Source: Negaprion brevirostris
Taxonomy: Eukaryota
Direction: 5' to 3'
Assembly: GCA_030324005.1 (NCBI GenBank)
Contig: JARDVH010000031.1
Location: forward strand, 67,238,177 to 67,302,176
Length of the DNA stretch: 64,000 nt
The translations under genes were made by a program, and so were the position numbers. The notes under the pieces were generated by a model, which was not told the origin of the DNA, ran no database searches, and was given only the letters and a program-made list of their open reading frames with translations. This document shows positions 26,700 through 40,135 of the stretch, piece after piece (position 1 is the first letter of the stretch; each line of letters starts with the position of its first letter).

Positions 26700-28380
26700 A
26701 GGTTGCATTGATATAGTGTCTTTAATGTAGTGAAATGTCTCAAGAAGTTTCACAATCAGATAAATATTGACACTGAGCTATCAGAAGAAATATTAGGATG
26801 GGTGACCAAATGCTTGATCAGAAAGGTAAATTTAAGGAGAGATTGATGGAGAGGTAGTGGTTTACGGAGGGAATTTCAAAACATTGGGCCCAAGGTGGCT
26901 GAAGATACAGCTACCAGTGAAGTGGTAAAGAATACACAGGTGACTGGTGTTTGAGGACAGAATGAGGGGAGATCTAATAGAGGTGTATAAGTTTATGAAG
27001 GGTATAGATAAAGTGAACAGTGGTATGCTTTTTCCTAGGTTGGATACAATAATGACAAGGGGACACGGGCTTAGGATGTGTGNNNNNNNNNNNNNNNNNN
27101 NNNNNNNNNNNNNNNNNNNNNNNNNNNNNNNNNNNNNNNNNNNNNNNNNNNNNNNNNNNNNNNNNNNNNNNNNNNNNNNNNNTACAGAAAATGCCAGGGT
27201 GAGACTATGGAGTGCATCGGAGACACAGAGAAGTATTTTAAATCTGAACACTGGCAGCCTATGTAGGACAAGCAATCAGTGAATGGGACATGTTGCAGGT
27301 TAAGATATAAGAGCTTTGGTTGAGTTCAATTTTATGGAGGCTGGGAGTGTAGTGGCCAGCAAGTTATGCAATGGAGCAGTTGACTTGAATTACTGAAAGT
27401 ATGTATGTTTGAGACAGCCCTGGAAATGCTCAGCTTTACAGAGGTGGAAATAGACACCATTTAGAGGATACAGATTCATGGCGACACTGTGGGACAGTGG
27501 TTAGCACTGATGCCTCACAGCACCAGGGACTTGGATTTGATTCCTGGCTTTGACCACTGTCTGAATGTTCTCCCTGTGTCTGCATGGGTTTCCTTTGTGT
27601 GATCCATTTTTCACCCACAGTCCAAAGACATACAAGTTAGGTGGATTGGCTATGTTAAATTGTCATTTAGTGTCCCAAAATGCGTAGATTAGGGGGATTA
27701 ATGCAATAAATACGTGGAGATGTCGGGAAAGGGCCTGGGTGGGATGCTCTACTGCAGAGTCAGTGCAAACACGATGGGCTGAATGGCCTCCTTCTGCAGT
27801 GTAGGGATTCTATGAAATTCTGCTCAGTGTGAATGAGAACATGCTTGTTGCAGTCTTGTTCAGCCTGAGGCAGTGGCCAAGGATGGAGATTGAATCAATG
27901 AAAAGGGAATAGAGTTAATTGAGGTTGGGCGTAGTGAATTAAATGGCTTTGTTCTTCCAAATGTTCAATTAGTGGAAATAATGGCTCATTATAAACTGGA
28001 TATTGGATATGTCGGCTGAATTCACAGAGGCAGTACAGGGGCTGAGAGATTTAATGGTGAATTATAACTGTTTTGGCAGACATCAAACAGGGCACAGTAA
28101 TGCTTGCTGCAGCCCAGCCTGATCTGGTGATAAATGACTAAACCAATTGTGTGACATACACGTTCCTGTCTGCAACTCTTGAACTTAAAAGAGCAAGAAT
28201 AGCTTGGCATTTATGTGAACAACTGGATTAGGAGAGAGTAAGGGTTTTAGTGGGATTGAGGGTATCAAAGATGAAAATGAAGGAGTGATTGAGTTGATGA
28301 ACAGCTGCAGAATTATCATAGCCATCAGTTGGGAGTTTGAGAATACCATTGTAAGCAACTTGGAGCTCAAATAATTTCTC
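26700..28380 (-). mobile_element. Old L2-like LINE with nested CR1 (+, about 26955-27080) and HE1 SINE (+, about 27478-27815)
   Basis: L2-like 3' end ttgcattgatatagtgtctttaatgtag...ggagggaatttc. The nested CR1 ORF reads RMRGDLIEVYKFMKGIDKV...TRGHGL. Confidence 0.65.
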
Positions 28381-30544
28381 CACTGTCAAGCATAGAATCC
28401 CTACATTGCAGAAGGAGGCCTTTCAGCCCATTGAGCCTATTGAACAACAATTCCACCCAGGCCCAACTTCATAACTCCATATATTTACTCTGATAGTCTC
28501 CCTGACCACTAAGGAGCAATTTCGCACGGCCAACCAACCTAACCTGCACATATTTAGATAATGTCCTATATAATTATTTGTCCTAAAGAGATACAACGAT
28601 GTTCCTCTTCAAAGGTTTGTATATTGCATGGAAACAAACTTGACAGGCACACAATTAATAATTTAATGAATTGATTGATCAAATGTTTATGAAAAGAACA
28701 GGGGAAATTGTATTGGTTTAAAACCGAGATAAATGTGAACAAAGACTTGCAACAAATTTCTGTGGGGTCCACTTGCTATCACTGCTTAATTCATTTGATT
28801 ACTATTTTATTGTATTTTGTTTTAATAGCTGCCCTGACAATACAGGATTTTGTGAGCATATTCTATTCATAGATACAACATTTAAATAGACTAAGACAAT
28901 TATAATTTACATGCACGACGAAGGGTCGAATCTGTTTCACTTTTTCCATTTACTTGGAAAAAGCATACACAACAGTCTGCAGCTGGCCCAACTACACTGC
29001 ACAATCATTGCCCAGACAAAACCAACCAAACCTCTCATCATCACTGGACCAAATCATTGATGTACAGGGATTGAATGTAATGGCACCATAAGAACAATAG
29101 AAACTGGATAAATTCTCAGTAAACACCCCATGTGTTTTCAGATACACATCCTTAAACCAACAGGAACTGATCCCTAACTATCACTGGACCAAGATTAATA
29201 AATGTATTGTATTCAGTGTATCCCAAAAGACCACCACGTACTAAATATATTGCANNNNNNNNNNTGACACCCTCAGACCAGCAAATATTGGCGTTCACTG
29301 CCCACGATTGGATCAATGGGGACCAATGTTTAACCAACTCCAAGTCAACTGATGTTGCATACATATGCCCATGCCATCAGGGATAAATGGGGTTAGAGGC
29401 CTGCACCCAATTGATTTATCCCAAATTGGCCAATTAATGGCCAAAGGTTGATCTCACTGTCCAATTAAGGATGACCAACAGGAGGTCCTTCAACATTGAA
29501 GTGACATCATAATGCTTTTGCAGGTAAGTGAGAGAAGAGGGCACTCCAAGATGGAGACACTCTCTCTCCAACTTATTCAGTTAACAAAAAAGAGTCCTTA
29601 GCAGCTGGGTCACCATTGTGTACCTTTCCACTGACAGACCAATGCCTGCAGCTGTTGTCAAGCAAGCAATCAGCAGGCACAGCTTTGAAACCTGCTGGTG
29701 TGATTGCATGCCAGGAGGCCACTTTCTGGCAGCTATACTCTTCCTGAATGCTTCAGAAGTTAGGAGGTCAACTGCAAGATTCCAGTCTGCACATGGGCCT
29801 TAAAGGCCTTTAACTATTGTGTTGGCCAATAACCCTGCTCCAAGCTCCCCATCTCTCACATGCCTGCCTGGGAGATAATGAAATTTACTTGCCAGCCCAC
29901 TTCTGTACTCATTGCCATGGGGGCCTATAAATTTAGGCTTTGATTGAAAGATTCAAATTCTGCATTGGGCACAGCTGAGGCAGGCGATGCCTCGGTCACC
30001 AGGCTCTGGTGAATTTGGGACTGGGATGACAGTTGGCAAAGACAGAATGCATTTATTGAAAAATGATTTGAATTAGAAAGGGTTAGTAAAAGAGAGAGAA
30101 CATCGTCCAGGCAAGAAAGTGGTGTGGTCAGGAGCTTAGTGCTATATGTTGAAGTTGTCATGTCCAGAATGAGTAACATTATTGAGTCCAGACTCTCAAA
30201 TGTGCATTAATTGAATACCAATAATTAATTCAATTTTCAGTACATGTTTGAGTGCCACAAGCCAGATTTACTAATGGTTATAATTGCCTGGGCTATGCTC
30301 TTACAGATCTGTATATCTTGTAATACTGACAGTCTTTCTGATTAGCTAATGCTTGATAATTACAGCTCATAATCAATGTTAGTGAACCTGAACTCCCATT
30401 TACAATCACTGCAGGTGATTTTAGCATGAACAATTGATCCACATTTTATTGAGATGTTTGGAAACACCTGTCCTCCAAATATTTCAACAAAATGTTTCAG
30501 CTTTCAAAATTTATCTTTGCTCACTATTTAAAGTTCAGATTTTT

Positions 30545-32235
30545 TTAATGTTTATTCATTCACAGGATGTGAACATCACTGACTAAGCCAGCATTTATTG
30601 CCCAACCCTAACTGACCTTGAGAAGGTGGTGGTGATTCTCCTTCTTGAACTGTTGCTGTTCATATGGTGTAGGTGCCAGTAGGAAGGGATTTCCAGGATT
30701 TTGACCCAGCAGTAGTGAAGGAACGGTGTTGCATTTCCAAGTCAGGCTGGCATGTGGCTTGGAAGGGAACTTCCATTGGTGATTCCCATGGTAATCCCAT
30801 GCATCTGTTGACCTTGTTCTTCTAAATGGCAGAAGTCCTAGTTTGAGAGGTACTGTTGAAGGAGCCTTGGTGAGTTGCTGCAGTGCAAATTTGTAGATGG
30901 TACAAACCGCTGCCACTGTGCATTGGCTCTGGAGGGAATGAATGTTGAAACAAATAGATGGGATGCAAATGAAGTACCTGCTTTTTCCTGGATGGTGTCA
31001 AACTTTAAATGATGGTGCAGTTGTATTCATCCAGGCAAGTGGAGAGTATTCCATCACACCCCTGACTTGTGTCTTGCAGAGATGAACAGGCTTTGGAAAG
31101 TCAGGTGGCAAGTTACTCTCTGCAGAGTGGCCAACCACTAACCTGCTCTACATAGAATCCCTACAGTGCAAGTGGAGACCATTTAGCCCATCAAGCCTGC
31201 AATGACAACAATCCCACGCAGGCCTTATCCCCGTAACTCCACACATTTATCCTGCTAACCCCCCTGATACTAAGGGTTAATTTAGCATGGCCAATCAACC
31301 TAACCCGTACATCTTTGGAGCATGAAGGGAAAACAGAGCACCTGCAGAAATCTCCTGTAGACGGGAAAATGTACAAACTCCACACGGTCACCTGACACTG
31401 AACTCGGGTCCTTTGGCATTGTAAGGCAGCAATGCTAATCACCATGCTGCCCCTCTTTTAGGCGCAATATTAAATGGCTGCTCCAGTACAGTTTTTTGTA
31501 AATGGTAACCTGCAGGAAGTTGATAGTGTGTGTTTGAGCGATGATAATAGCATTGGATGTCAAGAGAAGATGGTTGATTCTCTCTTGATGGATATGGTCA
31601 TTGCTTGGCACCTTGGTGACACAAATGTTAACTTGTCCCTTGGCAGCCCAAACCTGGATATTGCTTGGATGTCACTTCTAGTGGGTGTGTTCTGCCAGTG
31701 GGACAGGATGTACTCAGGAATAGTGAAGTTTTGGATATTGTCTATAAGATATGATCCGGTGAGTGTGTCTGATGAAGGCCATTGATTGACTTGTCTATGG
31801 GGTAGCTCTTCCAATTTTGGCACAAGCCCCCAGATGTTAGTAAAGAGGACTTTGCAGGGTTGACAGGGCTGGGTGTGCAACTTTCATTTCCAATGCATCG
31901 GTCAATGCCAGATAGTCTGTTCAATCTCATTCCTTAGTTACTTTCTTACAGTGGTTTGATACAACTGAATGATTTGCTTGGCCATTTAAAGGGTATAAGT
32001 CAGTCACATTGCTAAGGACTTGGAGTCATGTGTAGGACAGACCAGACATTGATGGCAGATTTCCTTCCTTAAAGGACGTTCATCAACAGGATAGATTTTT
32101 ACAACACTTGACAATGGTTCCATGGTCATTATTGTTGAGACTGGCTTTTAATTCCAGCCTTATTAATTGAATTCAAATTTCATTGGCTGCTGTTGTTCCC
32201 AGAGCATCTGGATTGCTAGTCAAGTACCTTGCCCG
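30545..32235 (-). mobile_element. Composite element: Meta-type SINE head + LINE endonuclease start + RT C-terminus + LINE tail; HE1 SINE inserted at about 31151-31452
   Basis: SINE head and core at about 31960-32235. ORF 31560..31880 reads TNIWGLVPKLEEL...TIPEYILSH (APE-like) joined to CQAMTISIKRES (RT thumb). ORF 30608..30916 reads AAVCTIYK...QQFKKENHHHLLK. The tail matches the SINE at 10-366. Confidence 0.75.
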
Positions 32236-32723
32236 TGACTCCCTTTTGGGAGTGCTTTTCTACTTATGCAAGCTTGAAATGTTCCAAACAGTTTAGGTGA
32301 CTGTGCCTCCAGCTAATGATCAGTTGTAGAGAATTGTGCTGAATTTAGAATAATGTTTTTCCTTGCGTGTTCAAGGGATAATTGTTTTCAAATCGTCTAT
32401 TTCATCAACAGATAATAAATGGGGTGGCACGGTGGTTAACACTGCTACCTCACAGTGATAGGGACCTGGATTCAATTCCCAGATTGGTTCACTGTCTGTG
32501 TGGAGTCTGCACGTTCTCCTTGAGTCTGCATGGGTTTCCTTCGGGTGCTCCAATTTCCTNNNNNNNNNNNNNNNNNNNNNNNNNNNNNNNNNNNNNNNNN
32601 NNNNNNNNNNNNNNNNNNNNNNNNNNNNNNNNNNNNNNNNNNNNNNNNNNNNNNNNNNNCCTCCAATATAAAACAAGGCTTAATATGCACGATTCCAATG
32701 ATCAATTTAAGTTAGAAGACAAT

Positions 32724-32848
32724 GGGTGAAATTTTCCTGTCCCGCTTGCCACAGGAATGGTAATAGGCAGGACAAGACCATGCAAAGGTCTGTTGACCTC
32801 GGATGGGATTTTTCGGTCTTGTGGCAAGCATGAATGGAAAATCCCGCT
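32724..32848. mobile_element. Short palindromic MITE-like element
   Basis: Termini gggtgaaattttcc and ggaaaatcccgc; internal inverted arms gcttgccaca and tgtggcaagc. Confidence 0.7.
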
Positions 32849-34388
32849 TCATGAGTGATTCCCTTTCTGGTGATAGATATTTTACAAAAGCGTTATTTTA
32901 CAAAAATAACAAATGCTTTAATTGTGCATATATTGCTGTCACTTTTTTATTTCATATTTATTTTAAATGAACAATATTTTTATTGTTTCTCTTCTTTCAT
33001 CTAACCATTTTAATTTACCTTTTAAAGTTTTTTGTTTCTTTGATCTTCTTACACCATCCTCTATTTTGGATGTGGAAGCATTTTAAAAAAGACTATTTTC
33101 ATTGGCTGAAAGCTGATGCACAACCAATGAAAAGCTCAGATTTTACACATGGCTATAATCTTAACTCGGCATCCCTCAAATAAGTAATCTCCAAGTAATT
33201 GACAAGGTGCTGCAAGAATAGTGTGTGCTGAGGTTTTCTGATCATAACAATGATGGTAAGCCAGTGAAATTATAATTGGTAAAGTTAGGGCAAAATTCCC
33301 CAATAGCCTTGCTGACTGGTTCATTGGTGGGAATGTATGGCATTTGGCGAGAGTCCAACATCGGTTTTATGCTAGTGTGACTTTCCTGCAGTATCTCGCA
33401 ATGGTGCCCACCATAGCGATTGAGAGAACCCACAGAAGGCCGATGTGAATGCATCCCGCGAAGGTCCCAATGGAATCTTCCACTCAAGTTCAATTTTCTG
33501 CGACGCCAGTGGGAAAATACATTGTTCCAAATGTGTTCTGGATCAATGCGGTGTGCAGAAGTCCGGACCTTGCAACTTGGAATGGAGACAGCCAGCAACC
33601 AAGGAATTCCATGTTATTGCAGAAGTGGGTGGCGGGAGCATCTGGTGGATCATCCGGATTCCGTGTCATTGAGGGGGTCGTCCTTCCAGTTAGAGTTTCC
33701 CCGGAGATCCATCTACTTTTTTAGGAGGACCCCTTTCTCTCTTCAGTGGTGGGTTAGTTTTGCTGAGTATCTTTTCAACATGGAACCCAGTTATGAGAGC
33801 GAGCCTCATGTCATCTTGCCTGCTTCATCATGTAATATGGTGCTAAACACCTAGGTGCATAGTTAATGTGGTTGGACCTCCACAGTAAGAAACAGTCCCT
33901 GTTCTCACACTCTTGTGATTGAACAAGCTAAAATTTAGAGTTAGTCATTATAGTTTACATGGGCTAATATTGAATATTTTGCAATTTCACTCCCGGTCCA
34001 CCTTTCAAATATCATTTTCTTTTTAAAAAAAACATTATTTTCAATATTTTTCAATCTATTTAGTTTTATTAAGTTGATATTAATGACATTGTTATTGAGT
34101 TAAGTAATCTTTACACAGTTCTTTATATTAATGCACAGTACAGGTTTAAAATAAAGGACATAATGGCATGATGTACTCAGTGCTGAAAAGTCAGGATCTT
34201 CCCTTGGTAAAATAAAGCTTTGGGCAGATGAGATAGGTAGCATGGGGATATATACGTGAAAGCAGTTTTGGATTCTGTGTTCTTTTATGGTGGGCTTCTG
34301 TAGATCAGGATGGGCCAGACCTCTCTGATCAACTGATGATATCAGAACATTCTTGGCTGGGTAGGAAAATCAGGATCGTAAGGGACAT

Positions 34389-34535
34389 GGGCCAAAATTC
34401 TCCCGTCTCACCCACCATGAGAATTGTAGTGTGCGCGACAGGAAATTCGGTGGACCATTCAAAGGTCCATTGAGCTTGGGTGGGAATTTCTGGTATTTCT
34501 GGTCTTTAAGTGAGCATGGCCAGAGAATCCCACCC
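34389..34535. mobile_element. Short palindromic MITE-like element (related to 32724 copy)
   Basis: Termini gggccaaaattctc and gagaatcccaccc; shares the core gaccattcaaaggtccattga with the 32724 copy. Confidence 0.7.
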
Positions 34536-34941
34536 ATTGATGCATGCTGTTACTCCAGCTGGGTGGGTAGTTAGGATGAGGGTGGAAGCAGTGGCATCAA
34601 GCCTGCCAATGTGATGTTAATTTATGTAAATCAGGCTCACGTTCTTCCTTGGCATGAGCCTGATCAAATCGGATCTCATGCTGAGATCATGCCTATTTTC
34701 GGTCTCACCCAAGATTTAGTGGCCATCACAGGATTTGAGCCACAGGCAATCTATGGCAAGAGAGTCGTTCTGGTTAGAAATGGACATTTTCAATTACCTT
34801 GATCTGCATTGCCACCTGTATTTATCTGTAAGCTTGAATTATAACAATGAACAAGTATCGTTGGCTCACGGCTCCTCTCTTGGCTGCCTAGAACTCAATG
34901 CAAGCTCAAAAGATTATTTTAGATTTACCATAGATATTGTA

Positions 34942-35252
34942 TGGGTGGCACAATGGCACAGTGGTTAGGACTACTGCCTCACAGTATCAGAAACCCAGGA
35001 TCAATTCCAAGCTCGGGTGACATGTCTGCATGGGTTTCCTCTGGGTGCTCTAGTTTCCTCCTACATTCCAAAGATGTGCAGGTTACGTTTACTGACCATG
35101 CTAAATTGCCCCTTGGTATCAGGGAGATTTAGTAGGAGTTATGGGAGTAGAGATTAGTATGGGGTTACAAGGATAGGGCTTGGGCAGGACTGCTGTCAGT
35201 GCAAGTTCAATGGGCCTCCATTATAGCCTTTTTCTGCACTGTGGGGTTTCTA
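34942..35252 (+). mobile_element. HE1-type V-SINE (CR1 tail)
   Basis: Contains ggcacaatggcacagtggttag...ccaaagatgtgcaggtta...ttctgcactgtggggtttcta. Confidence 0.85.
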
Positions 35253-38200
35253 TAATATACAATATTGTAACCTTGATTTATGATATTAAACTAATATTTA
35301 TTAATTTGAAAAGATTGAAGAATAAATTAATGATTTCAACCATGTTTAGGCAAGGGGCATGAACAAGATTCTGAATGCAAAATCTCACTGACATTTTGCT
35401 GTTATTGAATGTGTTCATCTCTAGGGCTGCAAAGAGAGCAATTGCAAGAGACAAGACAGGTCTGTATAATTGTACTTTGAGGATATAGACACTGATAGCT
35501 CTTAAAAATTCAATTGACCACAATACAAGAAAACCGCAAATTCAGCCAGGCTTTTATTATTTTTATTTAAACACACCAATATCAATAAAATGCAATTTCA
35601 AAGTGACCTGACATTTTATTTAAAAAACACTTCCAAGCAAAGCAGCTGTGAAATTCAATCTGAAACAATATTGGTTGAATTTTAGGCTTATCAAACCTTG
35701 ATAATAATACCAGAAAAGAAACAGTAGCCCATTAACAGTCTTACAAAATTCTACTCGGGTTTAAGCTATGAACAACTGTTTGAGCTGAACTCTTGTGATT
35801 TGCATAAATTAGATACAATGAACAGAGGCTTCAATGTAGTCAAATTAAGAAAATATAGGTGTTATGCATGCATACATAATGGGAAAACCTTTAAAAAATC
35901 ATCTAATGTCTCTATTTTAGTAAAGTTTTGATTATTTGAAAAGATTGATAAGAGTTTTTTGTTCAGTAGCAAACACGTATTATATAAGTTGTGATATTAA
36001 ATATATCTCAGGTACAAAGCATTATAGCAAAACAAAACGAAACAAAAGCCCTTATTTTCAGTAAGAATTTAAATACAGTTTTATTTTTGTGCCTTTGATA
36101 ATGATAGAAGCATTGTTTGATCACTAAATGAAGTCAATTCCATTTGGTGTAAAATTAAGAGGTTATATGCTGTATCAAATTTTAAGCCATAATCCATTAA
36201 CTACATGATTGCATTATAGCAGACATGATTTTTCCACATGATTAATATACCAATCCCAGGACTCAGTCATACAACTCTGATGTTTGTTATTACTTCTGCA
36301 AATGCCCAGAACAACGCTTAATATTGGTCTGTCAAACATTTGACACTGAGTTCAATTTTGAAGGATGTGCAAACTGGCTTGGTTTGGAATTTCATTTAAT
36401 CGGAAGCAAACAGAATTAATCAAAGCTGAGTTGAAGTGCTAAAATCCATTGCCTTACGATGTAATAGAAATGAACAGGAAAGTAAAGATTGGTCGGGCAG
36501 TAAAATATTATCAATTCCTTGCTTTAAAATCATCACTGTCTATCAGTTGATCTCGTGACAGACACAGAAATAGGAGGACTGGATGAAAGTGCTATAAACT
36601 GTAGATTCCAGTCATATTGATGCTGATGTCCATCAACACCTCGCAAAGCACTGAGAAGAAATTGCTTTTGTAAAAGAATCAGGGTAGAATAGGTTCCCAA
36701 CTCTTTTTCTCTCCCTCCTCTCACTCTAACACATAAAGACACACCATAGCAAGAATATGTTCTACAACCTGAACAAGACAACATGGCTATCACTAAATTA
36801 TACTGTACATATTTTCCAATCAATCTTTTTGGAAGGCAAACTGTACAGTGTTTTTGGCATTATCAGACTTTACGTGTAAACGTGATTGTTGTCCAGTAAC
36901 AAAAGGCCATCAGTAACATACTGATGGTCTGGAAAATTAGTTCGACTAAACATGCTTTTATTCAATCAAGCATATTTCTAATCGGCTGCTTCCTTCTCCT
37001 CACGTTACAATTAATCAAAGTCTAAGACGTTTTACAGTGACGTTCAATTTGTGCAAGATATTGCTTTGTTGCATGCAGTTTTTGGGCTCTCCATTGTTGG
37101 AAGGTTATTATAGCCATGGAAGGAAAATTCTTTAGAAAGATACTGGGAACAAGTGGTTATAAGCTTATATAAGACTCTCCTGCACCTATGCACAGATGAG
37201 TTGATTTTTCTGGATAATAATGCAAGGTCAGCTGAATTATACTGTTTCTTTGTATTCCAAATGCTTTGCTCATGAGGGATTGAATCTCATCAATTTTGGA
37301 GGCATGAAAGTGATGGTGGGGGCTGGGCACTCAGGGAGAGTGGTGGAGTTTTTGAAAATCTACTCCCATTGTTTAGCAATCTTGCCAGAGATGAGGTAAG
37401 GCCAACAATAGCTACTCACCTGCAGAGGCAGGGACTAAATTAGAAGCAATAACATTCCTACATAATGGGAAACATACTGAAGCCGAGGCCTGATAGGATG
37501 GCTCGAGTTAGCCTCGAAGTGGGGTTTGTGGTAGCAAGCAATTGAGGGGTGGAGGCATGGAAGTGCAGATGGGGCCAGAAAGACATTCCTTTGTTCCCCT
37601 CAAACAATACTGGGGTGGTGAGGGAGAAGCTGCAGGCCATTCTGTGGAGAGAATCTCCCTCCCCAACATTTTGCCCAACCATTTATTCTGCCCTATGTGC
37701 CTGGATTGCCAGCAGATGGTGAAGTGGTGCTGGCTATCCATTCTGTGCCAGGCAAATTTCCAGTACGTGGTAGACGGGCAATCACGACAAACAGTAACTG
37801 ATTATGGGGGAAGAAGTGATACAGGAGAGAACTCCCCCTCTCCTTACCCTAGTCCAGTATCCGTTCCAATTGGGTGCTATGTGATTGCAGACCAGTCCAG
37901 ATACTTTAAGATGGCTTCCTATTTCAAATATGTCTTTGTGAGTCTACTGAACTTAACGGACAACTGGAAATCTCCTTCATATTTGCTGCCATCATGCTCA
38001 ACACCTTAGCTGTGTTAGACCTCTGCAGCAATTAAAGGGAGAATCTGTTCCTCATGCTTTTGAGTGCACCAGGCATATTCTATCAGATTATGGGCGTTAT
38101 TGTCAAGTTTTGATCAAGAAGTTGGGGTATTTCTTACAGCAAAAGAGAAGTTGGGAAACGTAATAGAGAATTGGAAAAAAACATGTTTCAGATTTAGGAT

Positions 38201-38339
38201 AGTAAGTTGTAAGAGATTGTTTACCCTGTTGCAAGAATTTTGCCAGATCTGAGATGTTATAGCTTTCGAGAAAGCCTGACAAATTTGAGGCTATTTCCTC
38301 CAAAAAAAGAGAAGGCTGGTAGAGGGCTTTAGAATGAGG

Positions 38340-39105
38340 CAGGGGATTTAGAGGATTGAAATAGAGATACGTCCACTTTGAGAATTCTAAGACTTGTGGC
38401 CATAAATATAAGATAGTTATGATGGGGTAGATGACCACCTCAGATGGTGCCATAAATGGGTGGGATCCAAGTGGTCACCCATTCATTATGCACAACACCT
38501 GCCATTCATTTCCATTGCAGTCAATATTGTTAAATATGGACACTGTGTGTAGTAGGTGGCCTGTCTAATACTGTCCATTGCGCACCATTGTCTGGTGAAG
38601 ATTTGTAAATCCAATGGGGAATTCATGAGAAACTTCTTTGCCTAAATGTGGAACTCACCTGAATGAGCATTCGGCATAAACAGCATGGATGCATTTAAGT
38701 TGAAATTAGTTAAGTACATCAGAAAGAAAGGAATAGAAAGAAAGAAAGAAAGAACAACACAGCACGGGAAACAGGCCCTTCGGCCCAACGAGCCCACGCC
38801 GCCGTCCCATNNNNNNNNNNNNNNNNNNNNNNNNNNNNNNNNNNNNNNNNNNNNNNNNNNNNNNNNNNNNNNNNNNNNNNNNNNNNNNNNNNNNNNNNNN
38901 NNNNNNNNNNACTCTAACGACATGAAGCAATAGGCAACTCCCGAAGCAACATCCCAGAGCAGCCCACTACAACCTGCCGTATGCAGAATAGAAGGCTACG
39001 CTGATAGGATTAGATGGAGGCAGGTGGGAATGGATCAGTGGAGAGCATAAGTAATGGCATTAACCAGTTGGTCCGAATGGTCTGTTTCTGAACTGTCCAC
39101 TCAAT
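38340..39105 (+). mobile_element. Old CR1 3' end with a short minus-strand CR1-tailed element inserted (38739-38985)
   Basis: CR1 motifs MDAFKLKLVKY and ccagttggtccgaatggtctgtttctg. The insert is flanked by the 8-bp direct repeat gaatagaa (38731-38738 and 38986-38993). Confidence 0.7.
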
Positions 39106-40019
39106 GTAAAGTGTTGTTTGGAAAATAATTAACAATGGACATTAGATTGAGGGTTTTCAGTACAAGATGCAGAATTTGGAAGGATTATTTTCATGTGGAA
39201 AGCTAGCTGAACATTAAATGCTCGGCAACAATGGTTACTAAAAACGACTCAAGGGCCAGTCGAAGGTCGCAGAATGGGATTCTCTGTTAGCCTCGGGCAG
39301 GATTTTATGAGCCTCGCCCAGGCGAGGTCGTAAAACACCAGCCAAGATCTTTGGTTGGTTATAACTTCTATGATTCCAAGATTTTACACTGTTCTTATTT
39401 TATTTATGCAATGTTCCTTCTTTCTTCCATTCAGGTAACAACCTTTTTTCTTTACCTGAGTTCTCCAGTTTTTTTTCTAACATTTATCATGTGCCCATTA
39501 CAGAAGTTGCAGTCCTGCAGCTCTCTGTTCTTGTCACTTTCTTTCCAGCAATATTTTAAACTCTCGCATTTCGCTCTCAAACTATAATCTGTAAAGTTGA
39601 TATTAGATTAGATTGGAAACTAGTGAGCTGGTGACAAGGGAGCAGATAGGAAGAAAGACGAATGTGGTGACAAGGGCACAGCTGGAAATTGGCACTGACA
39701 CAACAGGAAGATTAGGTACCAGAAGGAAAGATACACAGGCCTCAGGGAAAGCTAGAAGGTACTGAAAAACAAGAATGATGTCAAAATGTTGGAAAGACTG
39801 ATCCAGGCAAAAATTTATCTCTCAGAGACCAGGTGCACCGAACTAAATACATAGGGGGTGATCTTACCAGCCGTTCATGCCATGCTCCTGCTGCAGCAGG
39901 TCAGAGAATTTGTCACCCAGATAAATCTCTGTTCACTGTGGCGGGGTGGGAAAATCCTACCAGCAAGAACGGCTATAACATTCCAGGCAAAGCCTTTTCC
40001 AATTCGTGAATAAACCATG

Positions 40020-40135
40020 CAATTCCCGCATTACAACAGTGATTAAGTTTTTAGTAAAGTACTTAATTGGCTGGAAAACGCTTTGAGACATCTGGTGATC
40101 ACGTAAAGCGCTACATAAATGCAAATCTTGCTTCC
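40020..40135 (+). mobile_element. Deu-SINE/L2-type 3' tail fragment
   Basis: Contains cattacaacagtga...aagtacttaattggctg...gctttgagacatc...gcgctacataaatgcaaatctt. Confidence 0.7.

Noticed and set aside
36533-36823. 96-aa minus ORF and a short + frame (DLVTDTEIGGLDESAINCRFQSY*)
   Set aside because: No recognisable homology and no convincing exon chain.
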